DNA of 55,137 bases from positions 1-55,137 of the forward strand of contig JAZDKI010000002.1 in the NCBI GenBank assembly GCA_043803165.1, written 5' to 3'. Numbering within the stretch: position 1 is the first letter of the stretch; every line of letters begins with the position of its first letter. Shown piece after piece: positions 47,401-51,651 of this stretch. This DNA is from Candidatus Micrarchaeota archaeon. Its GTDB lineage: Archaea; Micrarchaeota; Micrarchaeia; Anstonellales; Bilamarchaeaceae. The translations under genes and the position numbers were made by a program. The notes below the pieces were generated by a model, which saw only the letters and a list, made by a program, of their open reading frames with translations, searched no databases and had not been told where the DNA came from.

Positions 47401-49011
47401 GCGGACGACATCCAGCTGCTTCGGGTCCTTCTCGAGCTTCTCTGAGAGGTGGATGAACTCGTCGCGCTGGGCGTCCTTGACGGACTTATCCAGGAACCCG
47501 GCGGCGAGCGTGAACTGCGCCCCGCTGGATCGCATGTCCCCTGAAAGGAACGCCCGGACGCCCCGCGTGAATATCGCCTCCGCTTCCTGCCTGCGCTCTT
47601 TTCCCAGCGCGCGTGCGGATCCGAGCTGCGAGCGGAAGGCCGAGGATTCCTTGAGGAGCATATTGGACGATTCGAGGCCCATGATGTTCATATTCTCGGG
47701 CTTGGAGAATTGCGAAGCCGCATCCAGGAGCGCCGCACCCAATGGCCCGCCTATCGCCTTGCCCCTCGCTTCAAGCTGGGCGCAAAGAGACCTGCCCATC
47801 CGCTCTGCGAGCATCTTCTCCTGCGCGGAACGCTCCTCCTCGCTTGCAGCCGAGAGGTATTTCGTGAGGTAAGCCCCGATCAGCGTCCTGTATTGTTTTG
47901 GATTGTCCACGGGCGGATTAGCTATCTGCGAAGCCGCCAGCCTGAAGATGTCGGCCCGGTCCGGTTTCCCGGAAGCCTGGGCAGAGAGCGCCGCCGCATA
48001 CGCCTTGTCGATGAGGTCTTTCGATTCCGATCCGGCTTCAGCGGCCGCCCTCACCGCGTCCTTGGCGAGCAGGATCCTGGATGCGAGGCGCCGGATATCG
48101 TCCGGCTTCATCGCCGCTATCTTATCAGCGTCCAATCCCGCGCTGTCCTTGATCAGCGATTCGATCTCCTTGCCGAGGGCCGGGGGGACCTGCCCCTTCT
48201 TCGCGAGCTCCGCCCTCAAGGCCCAGCTTTCAGCGTCGAAAGCCTCGGCGACCTCCCTGCGGGCGTGCTTCGCTTCTTCAGGGACCTTGTCCAAGGCCTC
48301 CGAGATGGACCTGAGCGTCTTAGGCTCGATCGCGAGCTTCACATTGCCCAGGCCCGCTACCGCCCCGGCAAGCTCAGCCTGCAGCTTCAATCCCCTCGCC
48401 CCGCCCATCGTCAAGTGGTGCTCCGCATAGAGGCCGCATGCGCGCAGGAGCAGGTCCGCGCGCTCTTTCTGCTTCGATGAATAGAACTCCAGCGCGCCAT
48501 CGGCATAAGCGATGATCGCAGGCTGGACGCCTTTCGATGCGAGCTCCTTCTCGGTGCGGAGCACGCGCCCGAGGCCGTCCATCATGGACCGCGCCTTCTC
48601 GAGGCGCATCGCGGCCTCGGCGACCTTTCCGGCCTTGGCGAACTCAGCTGTCGCATCCAGCTCCTTCCTTATCGATGCGAGATAATCGTCATGCCGCTTG
48701 TCGAGGGGCGCGAACCCCGTCTTGATATCGAGTTTCTTGAGTTCGCTCCTCATCTGGTCTATCGGGGCGATCGCGGCCTGGGAGGCCGCGGCGCCGAGCC
48801 TGAGCCTCTTGATGTTCTCGTCGGCTTGGTTGCGGCATATGCGGAGCGCATCCTCCGCTCCCTTGAACGCATTGCCGAGCCGTTCCGTATACCTTGTCGC
48901 CGGCCTGCCGAATGCGACCCGCTTCATCTCCTCTTCGGCGGCTTTCAGGGCCCTTAGCGCGTCCTCTGGGCTTTGCGCTCCGACCCCTGGCTTCTGGACG
49001 CTCTCAGGCAT
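35422..49011 (-). CDS. Giant 4529-aa multidomain protein: helical N-terminal half, hydrophobic segment, two GGDEF-like domains, PI3K/HipA-like kinase, C-terminal repeats
   Basis: Uninterrupted 13.6-kb ORF. Motifs LNVDKRKQNAINYMFGMGMGDKAI...RVGPKSDE, LRAANTNYGHAGAN...RRLG, VFVKME...LLGDRHYGN...PFD. Confidence 0.85.
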   Translation of the reverse strand: MPESVQKPGVGAQSPEDALRALKAAEEEMKRVAFGRPATRYTERLGNAFKGAEDALRICRNQADENIKRLRLGAAASQAAIAPIDQMRSELKKLDIKTGFAPLDKRHDDYLASIRKELDATAEFAKAGKVAEAAMRLEKARSMMDGLGRVLRTEKELASKGVQPAIIAYADGALEFYSSKQKERADLLLRACGLYAEHHLTMGGARGLKLQAELAGAVAGLGNVKLAIEPKTLRSISEALDKVPEEAKHARREVAEAFDAESWALRAELAKKGQVPPALGKEIESLIKDSAGLDADKIAAMKPDDIRRLASRILLAKDAVRAAAEAGSESKDLIDKAYAAALSAQASGKPDRADIFRLAASQIANPPVDNPKQYRTLIGAYLTKYLSAASEEERSAQEKMLAERMGRSLCAQLEARGKAIGGPLGAALLDAASQFSKPENMNIMGLESSNMLLKESSAFRSQLGSARALGKERRQEAEAIFTRGVRAFLSGDMRSSGAQFTLAAGFLDKSVKDAQRDEFIHLSEKLEKDPKQLDVVRQYLDIHNRANALRKSAGGMRGRPEAAGMVREIASELEIRRARLASTGTTVSQEDVQAKVALLNRYMDADSAFRGQIYRQAQIIEKPVERPAVKGAYIQAAPEQGRKPVAPSEAPAKEAAAKAKEAPILTKDQKEAVDKVLLATATRIVLAEERSKIEQLHRIGETATSVKGDRASRLEALRMLRDARTEAQEGRFQDSNALNDAAKAYLRVSDLKDKVAIFKICVDGYNNRKIGSPVLSREDLNQISLYNEKAKLLAQIPKQYRQNASAYFDLAIIAARRVENPHELRVVASAAFAYAKLAAVDERKIPTEELKKQRKEAMAYLESRFGTYAWLRGPQRLIDVFSEGKDRLEPKGGQLASPLASALLSGTGRISLSERIVDDIERKGMIASLTKTLGRTPTMDETIQPIAQAGWKNLSGLAFKVLEANNILEKLDFENGASKLSGYNEKHRAAISKDVERERARLAKAAEGAKGGVLGEYYLRVRDGTSSDFMLSSIAKARALHAKGMESRGRLAELNREFSESASLALTKVGERIKALREGLNEIGKRNVDARLEKAKGDEKAQRTLHSDLLRFHIQRELESSTRMIGSAKAMITGLEAYGRSIRKIDTLNRERGRLNLKEAIDIQGAVAEGKVTDFSGRIVAGAGPLTAERAAALSGHATGLAQAGVREVALQQGIAAQRNRLLYLAKKEIREKNFERSSGLISKMISHLKDDPTIFKDGMSRKVYYFTELARIIGEKDPDKKALRLANLYDVIRLLLQGQAVRYYEPVQATKEMELVPYQRHNTDDLVFYNTIGRHQDYKKIVYTAYSERFAYAAYRIGQVSREMGVDQAMVENRLGHMDLVSRNRQFYEQYHYDPLVVADLAVQTIANPSEREHYEKRLKEFANNRSDLQGMNIFLSMVASARDFHGRSVMKLVQENEPVYYNYDDNRKRLVAAMGLIRSGDFKAADSAMDSYGREFARSMTMERYRMKAGEATIEEWKLYDNESGLRDKLIDKEPPKENPEQRGFRYETNEAAEVVLRTLGKSFERCRENLRSVKRDAIDFVHALGEGRKRDIPPPDHLDTALKNVLEGNKREGQARHIAIMHWEDVVKPSLQAQLTIMAGDAVKEKTLSMYARKRDLKGFHHYSVDAFREITLDGMKFIGAIMLPENAAKGYTLLSGNAFITLPTLRSMMGGREASGSELQKVLGKDGTGEKGGRVYAADFAKDLVRRAAGEHFAFAETATVSGKKGLGFKIISGVKKYGPAVVSPAAGVLAGAQEEMGGKKLSGPEAMGEMQDAAVKFYFWRMGIYVKDPVNPAENKPGGYGEMRDLSQDNASRFQKAEATYAKAMIQLRNLFMAKMTGTPLNLISDSMIDSSHLSAGAIEKLIYTTSRIAFLSREAAVDAVMDRPKDAEKKLKELAVLEGQARKDKKLYEKADQHAGVLREVVKFAVATVATVATGGYAAPVVWGAMGAEGVYLGMQEYEREGVLTFKNAAGMTLSAASVVTPFVGWAGQFATRSQKIFNMMKAGGAAGQRAERIIAIQSAIGTGMKGDALRRFASASVQDQGLLLQRAQMTQAQLSAGQITREEAAKVLGSVPKGQRLFHYVNPVHASRVEALVHYAGMLQIIGGGALFALDAHELVKMGNWSALAHGALMNVAMPGAQARAATRGMRTVGPHEYISPIRQAANALMGTPLPDRQQNAEALAWARRQKHVERMAPGERADYHKFVSEKRITFAKPEAEVAVLRDYAAYKAEKGRGATFGEYMHSEREGAKALRREAYEAGYQGTRHANVPLEHLDAPSQAYARARGQGKSGEAAEALATKRAKEIVIEPPEKAREAMVGKPEAQGLAGPDGKMVKGRDGALIKVYIVKEGERAVEYDVGHARVATDVAVLAERIVKRPLGKTLEAAAAEARGEMRWQGPPEIANERMKKVMELALSKEFQEAVNKPGGADRKAQLKIALEKTAGMKEFNNNPAVEATRVRDGIERIKAAKGLTSADVDLAAIDMQGRSEASALKAKQEDAIARWMRAHKKTEQAEKHEGNAARLRATSAAYAKGADELYAESSKRRGFKADGAPSSGKDTLSNWGLIKAEKGYKSSLKADETYSREVYSAAVMLLRTRQDLASGKAIPDNVPEWVKTEAKVLADSPEFQKADLKGKMAIALGVAGKNREGFYQSEFGKGSVERAIIDLGRASKEKAEWLVGGEVIKGTSEAVTSRAVLKSLDSWLESMDRAGEEVDVVYLNVDKRKQNAINYMFGMGMGDKAIEAYMRVIGVAVDSVKGKKGAVMLRVGPKSDEVIVAIVVPKGEGERVRREMSPKMREAEKQVFKEFAGKGKPLEKAAAMLDNPRLIVAVGETVSDVIRIRKAPDGSVRAIGVKGNDLYDAKVKRKVDGKESHEVSGPALSRSDDPEWAPGMRARVNIKESLDLKRGLEEANAGRARAAMEKERQGTPLTADEKKLVDAIKARVKNGEDPNVALSNEVNERTLIKPDEVVNGIGIEIRLSHTDEKNRQENERVAVKAGKGYAEAADDNSGLRAANTNYGHAGANGLINTVEAGVKDFVERNPDLTVRRLGTMKYVIEGADPSLYYTDSKGILRHPANDALDRSINLALKTAGIKMEVSKKMKLVKLERIPGYDALAKVGNGHMEVERRPVGDPRATAFDRAALCEMANRVINVIGNLSDAQMKVFLGEEGYKTLKAAGIIDMIRGGKGYEHFRGEKGTVLTNFEDVVTALRVRVTKDKGEDFANKMEGAFRKFVIDNLPDLQARAEAWKSGKGGAGAPPAPARVEPSAAPQPASAGLKPAAAARAAEAAVGKPVSKPLSQAQTAPRGPEGGAQTLKEPTRPKPPSEGAPAPKGSAPKPSSAQKGGAIDMDALKGELTGDPLYARLSPNQKKIAVESLKAKAEEQARLERALEMHLRQGLSVEAAIQEATTVAIRDPLRAKKIEKTLIGRLAVLDRDGLFVRSTIDQKVARMLGDASIIEMRALLGLEAITEAYRQTIPKGTPKDAKGFTRLAETYGKMPEAEMHLKLQVLSEKQLELSNAIDVYLKLADPKMKVRFAEEWAYSMKRKARLSEIEDSKKRMTQGEYQKDEKDAIAKAEARMGLARGTLSGVYKRGGMNGQIAVLERLGIDVSSFKKMDAGLEGPGWIEARKMIRERVGIVFDLVLRGDLQGRIAEVARYGGMEIKGVEFIGAASIQGAYKVTLKKGDVEKTVFVKMENGTAAKLGADLAMEAGMFSPEIHAGYRYETPFKHKDGTRAKQDFYFVDDVHGAVGSKIRIMDPRDGKIKTATVMGVAIEEHILTPPQHPGEWPTPQEKSRYIEDVMKFLSNPVVKAYYESLKTDGTRNDFFRADALYQELSRRVLLGDRHYGNTAKMLVRFEGETGNVLTSQPFDTNLVARDIKRSRDGTLDATGFDVDASRLTFHRIQGIAYATSRLSNDLVKALGLNVQSLMMQTLVNNFFSPRAEGGADIPAFSDNMKARIAAVLKGNDGQRFGMHYDLTDGIGSPHMYGGRARPADENGLVWFRYDEMAPVFEQAGRPEGAAGLRKIMRNYIKLKGDVEPRPIVEPRGGPTAGSSPPQQAPKPKTPIPQSSPPLQHGATASKPPSAGSGPTLQDAPRSGGPRASGPDTTPGGVRPGERQPSGAPLSKTAESGPMAIKAHEYDLVLIARDVALYKDLKAQGKVIPKSVEENQKRYEKMGIGEVGRKFFIEILSEEPEFIRYSKGSFKDFGAQLGEGGRIAALVKLYGGVGDSLKPVEQPKAQTVIERGGMPPEWEIRPPKRGSITMSDVQIAEMARDVALKYLDVTSKLTLTQTERRRVDQNFKRYMSMSETGVDRDVIFKLSIELRFDTDLHPALRDDAGFKALMGDPKRGGREMLDKAKDAALNPRITVPVSDAELGVLARDIIRYSDFIAGKPVTFTTLQEYQAKAIADWYSGLPQDSPYRKIMDALLGDQKFVSNAKADDTTFLRFMNNNSREGGGGIVRKAREKTVEAFGELAKGTKP

Positions 49012-49015
49012 GATA

Positions 49016-49333
49016 TCACGCGTATCTGAAGCAGATCTCGTTGAACTCCTTGAGCCTCTCCACGCGGGCGCCTATTGAATCGCGCCTCCCTAACGTCTGG
49101 AGGGCCTTCTTCTCCCAGCCCATTATCTCCTCGTAGAAATATCTCAGGCGGATGATCCTCGGCTTGAGCTCCTCGGGTTTTTCGGCGGAGGCTTCCCACA
49201 CGGCCATGGCGTTCTCGATAGCCGAGATGGCCTTGTTGGCTTTGTCTACGGACGCCTTCTCCATCTCGTCGAGATCCTCGAGGCGATACCCCCCCGCGCT
49301 TCCGCCGAACGCATTCCCGCTTTCTTCCGCCAT
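49016..49333 (-). CDS. Small helical hypothetical protein (105 aa) directly upstream of the giant gene
   Basis: ATG at 49333 (MAEESG). Its stop lies 4 bp before the giant gene's ATG. Confidence 0.65.
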   Translation of the reverse strand: MAEESGNAFGGSAGGYRLEDLDEMEKASVDKANKAISAIENAMAVWEASAEKPEELKPRIIRLRYFYEEIMGWEKKALQTLGRRDSIGARVERLKEFNEICFRYA

Positions 49334-49476
49334 GCATGACCACCGAAGGCAATAACGACCGCTTCTGATACTATAGTATGCGTCTTTTATAATGCTGATT
49401 AGGGGTCCTGGGGCTGCCGGCATGCAGGGCGGCGCATCATCATACCTTTTTAATCTTTTCCTACAACATAACAGCC

Positions 49477-50037
49477 ATGAAGCGGAAGCGCAGGATCCTC
49501 ACCCCGGAGCAGCTCAAAATGCATGAAGAGCGCACCCGGCTCATCAGGGAAGAGGTCCGCGCATATAAGGAAGCCGTATCGTCCGGGGGGCCCGCATCCA
49601 AAGCGCTCCAGCTGGACGTGAAGAAGGCCCGGTGGGACCTTTCGGCTGTCCGGAACCGCACCGAAGCCGAGATCTCCGGGATAGCGTCCCGGAGGAGGGA
49701 AGACGGCGTCCTGCCATCGGATCTCGACCTGAGGATCTGGCGCATCGCCGTGGCGAGGGCCCTGGTCGATGCCGAAGAGAAGATGCTTGATGGCGTCCTG
49801 AAGGCCCGCAACAACGAACTGACGGGGCTTTTCCTCGATGTGCACCTGTCGGTCATATCGCTCCTTTGCCAAGACTACTTCTCCAAACCCGAGCGGGAGA
49901 TAAACGATGGCTACGAGAAGATGCAGGGGGCGTTCATCAGCCTCGCGCAGATGACCGGCATCCGCTTCCCGGGCCTCGAGGATGCATACCGGAAGCAGAG
50001 CACGGATATCGCGATCAGCATCGGCGACCGGGTCTGA
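49477..50037 (+). CDS. Hypothetical helical protein (186 aa)
   Basis: ATG ORF downstream of a TTTTTAAT box. No family recognised. Confidence 0.6.
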   Translation: MKRKRRILTPEQLKMHEERTRLIREEVRAYKEAVSSGGPASKALQLDVKKARWDLSAVRNRTEAEISGIASRRREDGVLPSDLDLRIWRIAVARALVDAEEKMLDGVLKARNNELTGLFLDVHLSVISLLCQDYFSKPEREINDGYEKMQGAFISLAQMTGIRFPGLEDAYRKQSTDIAISIGDRV

Positions 50038-50075
50038 TTCAATAGGTTTATATTGAATCGCGGAATAGTCCCTCC

Positions 50076-50621
50076 ATGGCGGATGAAGCATCGATCTCCG
50101 AGGCCACCGCTGAGGAGAAGGCGCACGCGGTGCGCTTATTTGGCATGAACCGCGATTCGCTCGTCTCATTCTACAAAGGGCTCGCTTCGATGAGCGAGAA
50201 CCCAGTCCCAAAGGACATGGCCGGATCCTCCACATCCGCGCTCGATGAGACCGAGGCCCGCATGCTGACAGTGCTCTCATCCATCCAGCTCGGCGAGTTC
50301 GAGCCTGCCGAAGCGGCGAGGCCCGTCCTGGACAAGGTGTGCCTGGCAAGCTTCCTGCTCGAGCGGTGCAGGAAGATAAGGGAATCCGCGCTCGCTGCCG
50401 ACAGGATATCCGTCTTCTCGCTTTACATCTCGTTGGAAGAGGGCGTCTGCGACCTGCTTTCGGAGAGCTACTACGGTCTTCCGAGCCAGGAGATAATCGA
50501 CAAGTACCTGGACATCGAGCCCCTGCTTTCCGTATGCTCGGAGATCTGCGGGATGCAGGTGCCTGAGCTGGAAGAGGCGATAACGGACCAGCTGAGGAGA
50601 TTCGACCTTGACATCGTCTGA
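50076..50621 (+). CDS. Hypothetical helical protein (181 aa)
   Basis: ATG ORF downstream of a TTTATATT box. No family recognised. Confidence 0.6.
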   Translation: MADEASISEATAEEKAHAVRLFGMNRDSLVSFYKGLASMSENPVPKDMAGSSTSALDETEARMLTVLSSIQLGEFEPAEAARPVLDKVCLASFLLERCRKIRESALAADRISVFSLYISLEEGVCDLLSESYYGLPSQEIIDKYLDIEPLLSVCSEICGMQVPELEEAITDQLRRFDLDIV

Positions 50622-50749
50622 TTTTTTTAAAAGAAGATAATCGCCTTGTCCATGCCAAGGGAATCAAATAATAACGTCTGAAATCCTTGACTCTTCATCA
50701 TTGGTAAGTGGTTGTAGGTCAGAGTATCTAACAATCGCTACCGAACAAA

Positions 50750-51244
50750 TCAGTCTTTAGACATGATCTGTTCAATTGGAATATCAAATTCTTCAACAAA
50801 TCTTTTCATAAATCTAGGTCCAGGTTGTTTCTTATTACGTTCAATACTTGAAATGGACTCCTTTGAAAATCCTAATCTCTTAGCCATCTCAAGCTGAGTC
50901 AAACCGTGTGCTATCCTCACTCTCCTAAAAAACTGTGAAAAACCTTCCTTCTTCTCACTGCCTGGCACTTCCACTGGAGCATCATCTCTCTTTTGGAAAA
51001 TCGCTGTTATTGCCTCGATTGCCTTTTCCTTCGCCTCTTCAAAACCAATGCCTTCTTCTATGCGAATTTGAATTACCAAACCTCTAGCTTTGTGTCCATC
51101 CCCAGCATCACTTCCAGCACTGCGCTGTATCGTCTCAGTTATGCTTATATCCGCAAGAACTCGTGAAGCCGGTCTCTTGGCGATCTGTCCCTTCTGTTCG
51201 TCTGGCTTTTTTTCAGAAATAAGTAAGCGCTTTCTCTTTATCAT
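50750..51244 (-). CDS. XRE-family helix-turn-helix protein (C-terminal HTH), low GC
   Basis: RRVRIAHGLTQLEMAKRLGFSKESISSIERNKKQP. Confidence 0.85.
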   Translation of the reverse strand: MIKRKRLLISEKKPDEQKGQIAKRPASRVLADISITETIQRSAGSDAGDGHKARGLVIQIRIEEGIGFEEAKEKAIEAITAIFQKRDDAPVEVPGSEKKEGFSQFFRRVRIAHGLTQLEMAKRLGFSKESISSIERNKKQPGPRFMKRFVEEFDIPIEQIMSKD

Positions 51245-51364
51245 TATAATCTATAGACTATAATAATTTTAAAAACCCGTTCTTTTTCATTTTTAGGCAC
51301 ATAACCTTCCTCTAAACCTTGTTTATAAGGAAGGATCACAGGGACCTTACCATTCGAATAGAAA

Positions 51365-51493
51365 CGCCTTGGCCGGGATTCGAACCCGGGTCGCGAGAGA
51401 ACTGTTGCGCTAAGCAAGCTTGTTTTTTGCGCGCTTTTTTACTAAAAAAGCGCAATGACAGTCTCGTATGCTGGACCACTACACTACCAAGGC
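51365..51493 (-). tRNA. tRNA-Asp (GTC) with a 56-nt intron at position 37/38 (intron 51400-51455)
   Basis: Acceptor GCCTTGG/CCAAGGC plus G, anticodon stem CGAGA/TCTCG with CT-GTC-A, T arm CCGGG-TTCGAAT-CCCGG. Canonical bulge-helix-bulge (CAT bulge, CTGT/ACAG helix, TTC bulge). Mature length 73 nt. Confidence 0.93.
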
Positions 51494-51541
51494 ATTCTGT
51501 GTCTGACTTTCATCTTCACATCAGCCGGCTCCTCAACTGCC

Positions 51542-51564
51542 GATGCATCCGAATCGGATGCATC
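51542..51564. repeat. Perfect 11-bp inverted repeat GATGCATCCGA-A-TCGGATGCATC upstream of tRNA-Asp
   Basis: Read directly from the sequence. Confidence 0.75.
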
Positions 51565-51651
51565 AGTCGGAGTATGCCCTTCTAATGTTTTTTACTAAGT
51601 CGTTCACCGGTAGTCAATCTCATCTGCTACCTATCTTTTAAAAATCAATCC

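Noticed and set aside
35422-49011. Phage tape-measure protein or provirus
   Set aside because: No capsid, terminase, portal, tail or integrase genes nearby, and the protein carries enzyme-like domains.
49450-50667. Long antisense ORFs here (405 aa) and elsewhere, e.g. 1792-2790, 3364-4506, 5446-6621, 13921-15123, 53189-54217
   Set aside because: Shadow ORFs expected at high GC3. They overlap better-supported genes on the other strand and have no motifs.
51495-51580. Hammerhead ribozyme or C/D box sRNA upstream of tRNA-Asp (CTGATG...GAAA words on the minus strand)
   Set aside because: The core CUGANGA is not matched (CUGAUGC, CUGAUGU) and I could not build the required stems or box pairs.
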